DNA from: Methanosphaera stadtmanae DSM 3091
Lineage (GTDB): Archaea; Methanobacteriota; Methanobacteria; Methanobacteriales; Methanobacteriaceae
Direction of reading: 5' to 3'
NCBI RefSeq assembly: GCF_000012545.1
Contig: NC_007681.1
Coordinates: 1,170,001-1,202,000, forward strand
Length of the DNA: 32,000 nucleotides
Notes under the pieces: model-generated
The model's input: only the letters and a program-made list of their open reading frames with translations
What the model was told of the DNA's origin: nothing
The model's database searches: none
Shown here: positions 9,381-17,704 of the stretch, in pieces
Layout: each line of letters opens with the position of its first letter
Position numbering within the stretch: the first letter of the stretch is position 1
Translations under genes and position numbers: made by a program

Positions 9381-10511
9381 TTAATCTAATAATTGTTTAT
9401 CAACAAATTTATATGAAATACCAGAATTATCTATAGTATCTAGAATTTCTTTCTTAAATTCCACAAGATCATCCACATTTCTACTTATTTTATTAGAGAA
9501 GACCTTTTTAAATATCATTTCCCCAATAATATCATCATATCCACTTTCCACTTGAATAATAATAGAATCATCATGTTTAAATCCTTCAAGAACAACCTTA
9601 TCCAAGTCTCCATCAGTAATTCCAATAATTGGAACATTAAATCTATATAATATATCTGATGAAAGTAGTGTTGTATCATCCCCCACTGATACTACTAAAT
9701 CAGCATTTCTATATTGATATATATCTTCTGCTGCATGATCAAGATAAACAACTGTTAATTTATCTGTTGATATGTGTTTCATAAGTCTTGGTTTAATATT
9801 GTTTGTCTTTCTAAGAAGACCTGTTTTAACAATAGCTTTTGTTAAATCAACTTTTCCTAATTTTTCAAGACCATGTTTTTTTATTTTACCACCACTCATC
9901 TTAATAATTTGATTATCTTGGGCAATTATTTCTAGATTACTAGATGTTACTCTACCAATTATTGTTCCATTTAACATGATATTTTCACCAGGAGAAACAC
10001 CTGCAATCTTTCGCTTAATTAGACCTTCCTCCTTATTATATCCTGTTAAATTTTCAACAATACTAGTTACTTCATTTGATGATACAATAGGCATGTTTAA
10101 ATCCTTAGAAATATTATTTAACAACGTCTTATCAACATTATCACTCCAACAAATTATAGCACCATCACTTGTATCTGGTCTTTCAATCTGTATTAAATCA
10201 ACATCCATCCCCACATTATTTAATACTTTATAACCAAATGTATGACCTGTTATCATGGACTTTCCATAATTTAATAAAAATAGAATATCATTATCCTCAG
10301 ATAATAATTCTATTGACTGACTTGGTAATAATTTATCTTCTATATTAATAACATTCTCTAAACTTGCATCTATAACAGCAGTTCTCCCCATTGTTCCACC
10401 AAGTCTAGCTGATACAACACCATAATTTGATAGTAAATTTATTATTTTCTTTGCATAACCTTTATCTATTATAGTAGGTCCATGTACTATAACACCAATT
10501 TTTAAACTCAT
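9381..10511 (-). CDS. Conserved archaeal protein of unknown function (two-domain, 376 aa)
   Basis: A long ORF with coding-like composition, 12 nt downstream of the nob1 stop. The C-terminal segment VVSVGDDTT...VPIIGITDGDLDK looks like an acidic metal-binding (Toprim-like DxD) motif. I cannot assign a family with confidence. Confidence 0.6.
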   Translation of the reverse strand: MSLKIGVIVHGPTIIDKGYAKKIINLLSNYGVVSARLGGTMGRTAVIDASLENVINIEDKLLPSQSIELLSEDNDILFLLNYGKSMITGHTFGYKVLNNVGMDVDLIQIERPDTSDGAIICWSDNVDKTLLNNISKDLNMPIVSSNEVTSIVENLTGYNKEEGLIKRKIAGVSPGENIMLNGTIIGRVTSSNLEIIAQDNQIIKMSGGKIKKHGLEKLGKVDLTKAIVKTGLLRKTNNIKPRLMKHISTDKLTVVYLDHAAEDIYQYRNADLVVSVGDDTTLLSSDILYRFNVPIIGITDGDLDKVVLEGFKHDDSIIIQVESGYDDIIGEMIFKKVFSNKISRNVDDLVEFKKEILDTIDNSGISYKFVDKQLLD

Positions 10512-10523
10512 AATATATACCCT

Positions 10524-11033
10524 TTAATGGTTACTTCTAGCATTCAGTCTTTTTCTAATAATAGGTGAACCACAAATATCACATACCTCTTCAGTACTAT
10601 CAGAAGAGTATTCTTTTCTACAACCTTTACATATTCGTTTCCATTTTATTGTTTTCTTAATTCCTTTAGTTCTTACAGACATGAATTTAAGATTTAATAA
10701 TTTTAAGGCATTTTGCATTGAATAATCATCAGTTACAGTGATTACATCATGACCCATTTTCTTATATTTTAATGATAATGCAATTATATCCTTATCAGTA
10801 TCAGATAATCTCATTAAATCCCCACTAGATAATAACACTTCTTTTATATCTTCATCATCATCGTATACTACAGTTTCAATTCTTATTTTTCCTTCAGAAA
10901 TATAGTTGTTTAATAAAATTTCCGTATTAATATCTTTAATTTCAGAAACTGTGGATGATGTCATAAGATTTAATGAATCGTTTGAACAAAATCCATTAAT
11001 TAATCCAGATGCATCTAAAACATATATTTTCAT
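10524..11033 (-). CDS. nob1: Endoribonuclease Nob1 (PIN domain plus C-terminal zinc ribbon), 16S rRNA 3'-end maturation
   Basis: The N-terminal PIN start is KIYVLDASGLING, with the acidic residues TVTDDYSMQN. The C-terminal zinc ribbon is CKGCRKEY...CDICGSPI. At about 169 aa it matches archaeal Nob1 architecture. Confidence 0.7.
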   Translation of the reverse strand: MKIYVLDASGLINGFCSNDSLNLMTSSTVSEIKDINTEILLNNYISEGKIRIETVVYDDDEDIKEVLLSSGDLMRLSDTDKDIIALSLKYKKMGHDVITVTDDYSMQNALKLLNLKFMSVRTKGIKKTIKWKRICKGCRKEYSSDSTEEVCDICGSPIIRKRLNARSNH

Positions 11034-11230
11034 ATTAAAACTTTTCCCCTTAATTTATTCAATATAAATAATTATTTATAATATTTAATTTAGATTTTTC
11101 TAAAATTAAAAAACATAAAATAAAAAAAATATAAATCCATATAATAATATAAATTCAATATAAATATTAAAAATAATATTAGCTATCTATAAATTATAAA
11201 ATATAAAAAATAAATATCCGAGGGATTTAA

Positions 11231-11503
11231 ATGCGTTTATTAAATGATTTAATTGGAAAAGAAGTTTTAGACCATACAGCATTAGTTATTGGAAAAGTTA
11301 AAGATGTGGAAATAGATACCTCATCAAATAAAATTGAATCTGTTATCATATCAAAAGGTGGAATTGGTGAAAGTATTGGAATTTCTAAAGCTGAAAGTTT
11401 AGTTCCTTTTGAAATGATAAACCGTATTGGTGATAAAGTAATTCTTAAAAAAGCAATAAATGAAGCAGAACAACTTGTTGAAGAATTAGAAAATGAAATA
11501 TAA
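11231..11503 (+). CDS. PRC-barrel domain protein (single domain, 90 aa)
   Basis: LIGKEVLDHTALVIGKVKDVEID...IESVIIS...LVPFEMINRIGDKVILK is the typical archaeal PRC-barrel pattern. GAGGG precedes the ATG. Confidence 0.75.
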   Translation: MRLLNDLIGKEVLDHTALVIGKVKDVEIDTSSNKIESVIISKGGIGESIGISKAESLVPFEMINRIGDKVILKKAINEAEQLVEELENEI

Positions 11504-11515
11504 GGACATATTACA

Positions 11516-12052
11516 ATGACAGACTATAAAAATAAATTAATAAACTTATTAAAAGAAAATAATGTAATTAAATTTGGAAAATTCACATTATCTTCAGGAC
11601 GTGAAAGTGACTACTATGTTGATATGAAAAAAGCAATAACTGAACCTGAAATACTAGATTGTGTAGCTCATCTTATAACCAATGAAATAGAACATGATAA
11701 TATTGATAAAATAGCAGGACCTGCATTAGGAGCAGTTCCTATTGCTACAGCAACATCATTAATATCAAAAAAACCAATGTTAATGATTAGAAAAGCTAAA
11801 AAAACATATGGTACAAGTAAACAAATTGAAGGTGAATTACTTGAAAATGATGATGTTGTAATAGTTGAAGATGTTACAACAACTGGTGGTTCTTTATTAA
11901 AAGCCATAAATGTTATTGAAGATAATGGTGGAAATATAGTTAAAGCATTTGTAATTGTAGATAGAGAAGAAGGTGCTCAAGAAACATTTAAAGAAAATAA
12001 CATTGAATTCACACCACTTTTAACTATTAGTGAATTTAAAAAATATTTATAA
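11516..12052 (+). CDS. pyrE: Orotate phosphoribosyltransferase
   Basis: [17 protein letters not shown] and the PRPP-binding loop [13 protein letters not shown]. The size is 178 aa. Confidence 0.9.
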   Translation: MTDYKNKLINLLKENNVIKFGKFTLSSGRESDYYVDMKKAITEPEILDCVAHLITNEIEHDNIDKIAGPALGAVPIATATSLISKKPMLMIRKAKKTYGTSKQIEGELLENDDVVIVEDVTTTGGSLLKAINVIEDNGGNIVKAFVIVDREEGAQETFKENNIEFTPLLTISEFKKYL

Positions 12053-12185
12053 TTCTAACTAAAAAATAACTCTATACTAAATAAAAAACAAGTTATTTCT
12101 GTAGATACCAACACCACATTTAATAAATAAATATTTAAACTATTATATTATATAAAAAAAATATATTATCATACGAGGGGATAAT

Positions 12186-12731
12186 ATGAATTCAAAAGAA
12201 ATTATTGGAATGAAAATAATAGATAAAAATGCAAAAGATGTTGCAAAAATAGCAGAAATTAGTTTTGACACAAAAACATATGGAATAACAAAAATAATTG
12301 CTTCAACTGGAAATCCTATAAGTAAAAAATTTTATGAAATAGATCCTAAAAATATACTTGCATTAGGAGATTATTTATTAATTGACACAACTGTTGAAGA
12401 ATTATCTCAAAATAAATTAGATAAAATACCTGAATCTACAGGAACAAACATAAAAATTAATGAAAGTGTTGGAAAAACTGTAATTGATGCTGATGGAAAT
12501 GTTGCTGGTAAAATAGCTAATATTGATATTAACTTTGATAATCTTGAAGTTGAAAATGTAACTCTTGCAAAATCTTCATCATTTGGAAAACCAAAGGATA
12601 TCTACACATTATCTAAAGAGGATATTGAAAGATTTGGAGATTATGTTATTACTAATAAAAAAATTCCAAATTCAGAAAAAGTAGATGAAGAATCTGAAAA
12701 AACAGAAGAAAAAACCGTGGATATTGAATAA
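12186..12731 (+). CDS. PRC-barrel domain protein (two tandem PRC-barrel domains, acidic tail)
   Basis: Two copies of the pattern IIGMKIIDKNAKDVAKIAEISFD... / SVGKTVIDADGNVAGKIANIDIN..., each followed by a GDY(L/V)(L/I) segment. GAGGGG precedes the ATG. Confidence 0.7.
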   Translation: MNSKEIIGMKIIDKNAKDVAKIAEISFDTKTYGITKIIASTGNPISKKFYEIDPKNILALGDYLLIDTTVEELSQNKLDKIPESTGTNIKINESVGKTVIDADGNVAGKIANIDINFDNLEVENVTLAKSSSFGKPKDIYTLSKEDIERFGDYVITNKKIPNSEKVDEESEKTEEKTVDIE

Positions 12732-12764
12732 GAATAAAAATATTTATTCTTAATTATTTTTTTT
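12729..12764 (+). terminator. Hairpin plus T8 terminator between convergent genes
   Basis: TAAGAATAAA (12729-12738) pairs perfectly with TTTATTCTTA (12743-12752) around a 4-nt loop. A T8 run follows at 12757-12764. The element starts at the stop codon of the PRC-barrel gene. Confidence 0.5.
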
Positions 12765-13089
12765 ATATTAACTTTTTTAATTCATCTAAATTTAATTTAA
12801 TAAAATCCCTAGCTTTATAATCAGACAATAATTTATATTGTTTCTTATGTGTTTTTTTATATGCTATTTCCAGAACTTCTTGTAACTCCTCAATATCTGT
12901 ATTTATTATTATATTCAGTTGTTTTTTCTGCTTTTCATTTAAATTATCCAGATTACTTTTAACAGTTGAGTTAAATTTTTTAACTACATTAGTATTTCTT
13001 TTTATTACTGTACCCATTAAAAAGGAGGGTGTCATTGTAAATAGAAAATCATATTCTTTTAAATCATTGTAAGTTATTTTATCCACCAT
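12763..13089 (-). CDS. Hypothetical protein (108 aa, Lys-rich, no recognisable family)
   Basis: Stop-free ORF of 108 codons in very AT-rich DNA. It stands alone, with a 765-bp non-coding spacer upstream. Confidence 0.45.
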   Translation of the reverse strand: MVDKITYNDLKEYDFLFTMTPSFLMGTVIKRNTNVVKKFNSTVKSNLDNLNEKQKKQLNIIINTDIEELQEVLEIAYKKTHKKQYKLLSDYKARDFIKLNLDELKKLI

Positions 13090-13741
13090 AAATTAATCTC
13101 CATTAATATCTTTCATAGATATAATATATTATTTTAACGAAATAACATTATTTTTTTATCTATTTAATAATTTATATTATATTCATTATTTAAATAGAGA
13201 AAATAGAATATATAATTCAATATACGAATAAAATTCCATTATTCTATTATAAAATTTGATTATAATATATTAAAAGAAATATATAATTATATCTATTAAA
13301 TGAATTCTTTTATTTTTTGTAAAATAATATCTAAAATTCATTAAATAGATCAAATTCGAAAAATAACAGTTAACTATCACTCAATACATCTAAAAACAGA
13401 GCTATTATGAGTATATTCTTTTAATAAAAACAAGTAACTAATCCACCATATCTATAGAATATGAAAAAATAGTAACTTAATAAATAAAAAAATATCTTCA
13501 ATTATATACTATTAACAATAACAACAAATAGTTTAATACTACCACAAAAAATATTATGATAATTAAAAAGAACAAATACAACTGAAACAAATAATATTTT
13601 GAAATAAATAGAATTAACTCTATTTTATCTTAAAATACTACTTTTTTTTAGAAAAATAGCCCAATTACATCTTTAAAACTCAAAAAAAGAAATATTTTAG
13701 AAAAAAGATTTATATGCTATGAACTAGTTAAATAATAGTAA

Positions 13742-13766
13742 GTTAATTATCTACTAGATAATTAAC
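13742..13766. promoter_or_regulatory. 25-bp perfect palindrome upstream of the surface-protein gene (candidate operator)
   Basis: GTTAATTATCTA C TAGATAATTAAC has 12-nt arms that are exact reverse complements around one central base. It lies 45 nt upstream of the AAGGAGG at 13811. Confidence 0.4.
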
Positions 13767-13854
13767 ATTTTTTGACTGAAAAATAAATTATATCCAAATT
13801 ATATAATTATAAGGAGGTTTTATAATTAAGGGTTATCATGTAGCAATTCTATTT

Positions 13855-15777
13855 GTGGTGATAATTACACTACTAATAGGATCAGTTGCAGCTGCAGATA
13901 CTACTTCAAACACTACAACATTTAATAAACAGACAAGTAGTATTTCTAGCACAACTACCCCTGAAGTTCAAAAAACACAAGCAACAACACACAAATCAAT
14001 AGAAAACTCAACACAAGCAACACAAAACACCCAAATTAAAACAGAAAACACAAAAATACAAACTGTAACTAATGCAAATAAAGTTACAACAAACAATAAA
14101 GTAGAAAATACAAGTATAACAAAAACAAATAAAAGTTTGAAAAGTAGTAGTGCTAAAACTGCAACAAAAACGTCAGTCACATCCATTAGAGGAAATAAAG
14201 GCGCTAAAATTACTATAAAAGCAACAGTAACTACAAATAATGATTTAAAAGTAGTTTCTGGTAAAACAGCATTTAAAATAAATGGAAAAACAATAGGCCA
14301 ATCAACAGTAAAAAATGGAGTTACAACACTACCATACACAATACCAACAAGTTGGGCTGATGAAACATATAAAATCACCGTTGTTTATGGTGGAAATAAT
14401 CAATATGCTTCATCAACTGGAACAGGAACACTTGGTTTAGATAAAACTGTTCCTACAAAAACACAAGTTACACCAATAAAAGGTAAACCTGGACAAAAAA
14501 TCAATATACAAGCAACAGTAACAACACAAAAAGGTGCAAAAGTAACATCAGGAAAAACAGCATTTAAAATAAATGGAAAAACAATAGGCCAATCAACAGT
14601 AAAAAATGGAGTTACAACACTACCATACACAATACCAACAAGTTGGAAAGACACAACATATACAATAACAGTAGTGTATGGTGGCTATAACCAATACATT
14701 TCCTCAACATCAACAGGGAAATTAACTTTAGAAAAAAGCACTTCAACAAAAGTACTAGTTACATCAATAAATGGAGTAGCTGGACAAAAAATCAATATAC
14801 AAGCAACAGTAACAACACAAAATGGTGTAAAAGTAACATCAGGAAAAACAGCATTTAAAATAAATGGAAAAACAATAGGCCAATCAACAGTAAAAAATGG
14901 AGTTACAACACTACCATACACAATACCAACAAGTTGGAAAGACACAACATATACAATAACAGTAGTGTATGGTGGAAATAGCCAATATCTTTCATCACAA
15001 TCAACTGGAAAATTAACTCTAAAAAATACACCAACAAAAGTACAAGTATCACCAATAACAGCAGATAGAGGCGATAAAGTAACAATACAAGCAACAGTAA
15101 CAACACAAAATGGTGTAAAAGTAACATCAGGAAAAATAGCATTTAAAATAAATGGAAAAACAATAGGATACGGAACTGTAGCTAATGGTGTTGCAAAACT
15201 TTCTTATACAATTCCAAATTGGACTTATAAAACATATACAATAACGGCAGTATATGGCGGATATAACCAATATAAAAGTTCTGAAGGTACATCAACACTT
15301 AAAGTAGTGAAAAAGTCAGATATTCCATCGGGTTTTGAAGCCTATCTTAAAGCTACAAAAAATTGTGAAGTTACAAATAGTAAAATTAAAAATTTGGCTG
15401 CAAAATTCAATTCATACACATCCACATTAACTAAAGCAAAGGCAATATTTAATCAACTGAATAAAATTACATCATATAGTGGATATTATAACACAAGATA
15501 TGGTGCAGTTGGTACTCTAAATCGTGGATATGGAAATTGTGTTGATATGGCACATCTGCTTAATGCAGTTGCACGTGCATCTGGTATTCCAGCAAGATAC
15601 TGTCATGCAACATGTTACTTCCGCAGTGGACTTGTAACAGGGCATGTATGGTCTGAATTATATGTTGATGGTAAATGGTATAAATGTGATTTAACATCAA
15701 ATAGTAATTCATTTGGAAGTATTGTGAATTGGAACAGTTGTGGTAGTATAACTAGATATATATCACTACCATTTTAA
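13855..15777 (+). CDS. Secreted adhesin-like surface protein: signal peptide, T/N/Q/K-rich linker, 4 Ig-like repeats, C-terminal transglutaminase-like cysteine peptidase domain
   Basis: Hydrophobic N-terminus ending in AAA-D. It has four ~97-aa repeats with a V(V/A)YGG.N(Q)Y.SS motif. The C-terminus has GNCVDMAHL (Cys 15538-15540), GHVWSELY (His 15643-15645) and KCDLT (Asp 15688-15690). The true start may lie upstream, since the frame is open from 13813 (see findings). Confidence 0.85.
   Translation: MVIITLLIGSVAAADTTSNTTTFNKQTSSISSTTTPEVQKTQATTHKSIENSTQATQNTQIKTENTKIQTVTNANKVTTNNKVENTSITKTNKSLKSSSAKTATKTSVTSIRGNKGAKITIKATVTTNNDLKVVSGKTAFKINGKTIGQSTVKNGVTTLPYTIPTSWADETYKITVVYGGNNQYASSTGTGTLGLDKTVPTKTQVTPIKGKPGQKINIQATVTTQKGAKVTSGKTAFKINGKTIGQSTVKNGVTTLPYTIPTSWKDTTYTITVVYGGYNQYISSTSTGKLTLEKSTSTKVLVTSINGVAGQKINIQATVTTQNGVKVTSGKTAFKINGKTIGQSTVKNGVTTLPYTIPTSWKDTTYTITVVYGGNSQYLSSQSTGKLTLKNTPTKVQVSPITADRGDKVTIQATVTTQNGVKVTSGKIAFKINGKTIGYGTVANGVAKLSYTIPNWTYKTYTITAVYGGYNQYKSSEGTSTLKVVKKSDIPSGFEAYLKATKNCEVTNSKIKNLAAKFNSYTSTLTKAKAIFNQLNKITSYSGYYNTRYGAVGTLNRGYGNCVDMAHLLNAVARASGIPARYCHATCYFRSGLVTGHVWSELYVDGKWYKCDLTSNSNSFGSIVNWNSCGSITRYISLPF
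14164..15315 (+). repeat. In-frame tandem coding repeats, period 291/291/288 bp (4 units)
   Basis: The 90-nt block ACAGCATTTAAAATAAATGG...CAAGTTGG is identical at 14266-14355, 14557-14646 and 14848-14937. Segments 14491-14684 and 14782-14975 differ at only 2 of 194 positions. Confidence 0.9.
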
Positions 15778-15782
15778 ACTCC

Positions 15783-15803
15783 TTTTATTTTATTCTTTTT
15801 TTT
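15783..15803 (+). terminator. Oligo-T terminator after the surface-protein gene
   Basis: TTTTATTTTATTCTTTTTTTT, including a T8 run at 15796-15803, starts 6 nt after the stop. Confidence 0.45.
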
Positions 15804-15807
15804 AGAA

Positions 15808-15909
15808 AAATAATTTAATTAAATATTATTCTCCTTTTTAATATGAATCATTAAATAATTTAATTAAATACTTTTTACATAAATAATTAATAATTAATAA
15901 TTAATAATT
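15808..15909. repeat. AT-rich repeat cluster upstream of paaK: 18-mer x2 with a palindromic core, plus heptamer AATAATT x4
   Basis: AAATAATTTAATTAAATA occurs at 15808-15825 and 15853-15870; its core ATTTAATTAAAT is a 12-bp palindrome. AATAATT x4 runs perfectly at 15882-15909, ending 19 nt before the paaK ATG. Confidence 0.5.
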
Positions 15910-15927
15910 TAAGGAAGTATTATATAC

Positions 15928-17229
15928 ATGATATGGGATGAAAAGATTGAATGTATGTCTAAAGAGGACATGGAAGAATTACAACTAAAACGTTTACAAG
16001 ATGTTGTTACAACAGCATATAATAAAGTACCATATTATCATAAAAGATATACCGAGAAAGAAATATACCCTGAAGATATAGAAACTCTTGCAGATATTGA
16101 AAAATTACCATTTACTACAAAAACTGATTTAAGAGAATCATATCCCTTTGGTTTATTTGCAGTAGAACAAAAAGATATTATTGAAATCCACACATCTAGT
16201 GGAACAACAGGAAAACCTACAGTATCTGGTTATACTAAAGAAGATTTAGATATATGGGGAGAAGTTATAGCTAGGGGATTAACAATGATGGGTGTTGATG
16301 AAAATGATATAATTCAAAATACTCATGGTTATGGATTATTCACTGGTGGTTTTGGTGTTCATTATGGTGGACAGAAAGTAGGTGCAACTGTAGTACCTAT
16401 ATCTACAGGTCAAACATTAAGACAAATTGAAATAATGAAAGATTTCAAGACAAGTGTTTTAATATTCACACCTTCATATGGACTACATATAGCTGAAGAA
16501 CTTGATGAAATGGGAATTAAACCATCAGATTTAAATCTTAAAGTTATAGGATTTGGTTCAGAAAGTTGGACTGATGCAATGAGAAAACAAATAGAGGATA
16601 AATTCCAAATACCTGCATATAACATCTATGGACTAACAGAAGTAATGGGTCCTGGTGTAGCAATGGAATGTAGTCAACAAGATGGACTTCATCTATCAGA
16701 AGATCATTTTTATCCAGAAATTATAGATCCACGAACATTAAAACAAGTCCCTGAAAATACACAGGGAGAATTAGTACTTACAACACTAACAAGAGTAGGT
16801 ATGCCATTAATTAGATTCCGTACAAGGGATGTTACAAAGATACACCATGAAAAATGTGGGTGTGGAAGAACACTTGTTAAAATGGATAGAATTACTGGAA
16901 GAACAGATGATATGCTTAAAATTAAAGGAGTTAGTGTTTTCCCATCACAAATTGAAAAAGCATTATTATCAATTGATGGTGTTGAACCACATTACCAGAT
17001 TATACTTACAAGACCAGATGTTCTTGATAAAATAGAAGTTAAAGTAGAAGCTTCACCAGAAATATTCTTTGATAATGTAAAGGAATTGGTGGGAATACGT
17101 GATAAGTTAGCTCAAGCAATACATGATGAAATAGGCCTAAGAGTTAATGTAACACTTGTTGAACCAAAAACTATTGACAGAGTAGATTCTGGAAAAGCTG
17201 TACGTGTAATTGATAATAGAAATAAATAG
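15928..17229 (+). CDS. paaK: Phenylacetate--CoA ligase (PaaK / coenzyme F390 synthetase family adenylate-forming enzyme)
   Basis: [24 protein letters not shown]..., the AMP-binding motif [18 protein letters not shown], and [11 protein letters not shown]. The size is 433 aa. Confidence 0.85.
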   Translation: MIWDEKIECMSKEDMEELQLKRLQDVVTTAYNKVPYYHKRYTEKEIYPEDIETLADIEKLPFTTKTDLRESYPFGLFAVEQKDIIEIHTSSGTTGKPTVSGYTKEDLDIWGEVIARGLTMMGVDENDIIQNTHGYGLFTGGFGVHYGGQKVGATVVPISTGQTLRQIEIMKDFKTSVLIFTPSYGLHIAEELDEMGIKPSDLNLKVIGFGSESWTDAMRKQIEDKFQIPAYNIYGLTEVMGPGVAMECSQQDGLHLSEDHFYPEIIDPRTLKQVPENTQGELVLTTLTRVGMPLIRFRTRDVTKIHHEKCGCGRTLVKMDRITGRTDDMLKIKGVSVFPSQIEKALLSIDGVEPHYQIILTRPDVLDKIEVKVEASPEIFFDNVKELVGIRDKLAQAIHDEIGLRVNVTLVEPKTIDRVDSGKAVRVIDNRNK

Positions 17230-17241
17230 GGATGTGTTAGT

Positions 17242-17682
17242 ATGGATGATATATATGTTGATCAGTTATCAATATTTTTAGAAAATAAGGAAGGTAGAAT
17301 GCTTAATACTTTGGATATTATTGAAAATCTAGGTGTTAATATAAGAGCATTATCTATTGCTGATACTTCAGAATTTGGAATATTAAGATTAATAGTTACA
17401 AAACCTCATGAAGTTAAAGAAGAACTAGAAAAAAGAAATTACATTGTTAAAATAACTAAAGTACTTGCTGTTTCTATTAGTGATGAACCAGGAGGACTAA
17501 ATACTATACTTAGAATTTTAGATAAAAATAGTATTAATCTAGAATATTTATATGCTTTTGTTGAACAGAAAACATATCATGCAATAGTTATATTAAAATT
17601 AGAAGATATGACTGAAGGTTTAAAAATATTAAAAGAAGGAAATGCAAATATTATTTCTCCAGAAGAAATATATTCAATATAA
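17242..17682 (+). CDS. ACT domain-containing protein (two ACT repeats), paaK-associated
   Basis: 146 aa with two ~70-aa halves (LSIFLENKEGRML...NIRALSIADTSEFGILRLIV and VSISDEPGGLNTIL...). It starts 12 nt after paaK, a pairing common in archaea. Confidence 0.7.
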   Translation: MDDIYVDQLSIFLENKEGRMLNTLDIIENLGVNIRALSIADTSEFGILRLIVTKPHEVKEELEKRNYIVKITKVLAVSISDEPGGLNTILRILDKNSINLEYLYAFVEQKTYHAIVILKLEDMTEGLKILKEGNANIISPEEIYSI

Positions 17683-17704
17683 TTTTTTTCCTTCATCTTT
17701 TTTT

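Noticed and set aside
12066-12100. AAATAACT ... AGTTATTT 8-bp inverted repeat after pyrE, considered as a possible terminator
   Set aside because: It has a long (~19-nt) AT-only loop, weak stem energy and no following T-run. It is indistinguishable from chance in this composition.
13968-15142. Four long minus-strand ORFs (13968-14378, 14400-14654, 14685-14945, 14903-15142) with repetitive hydrophobic translations
   Set aside because: They lie entirely antisense to the Ig-repeat region of the 640-aa gene and repeat with the same 291-bp period. The plus-strand A/C-rich codon usage leaves the complement free of stops. No Shine-Dalgarno is present and the translations have nonsense composition.
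14164-15315. Regularly spaced near-identical repeats considered as a possible CRISPR array
   Set aside because: The period is 291 bp, there is no short repeat/spacer alternation, and the units are in frame and encode Ig-like domains of one protein.
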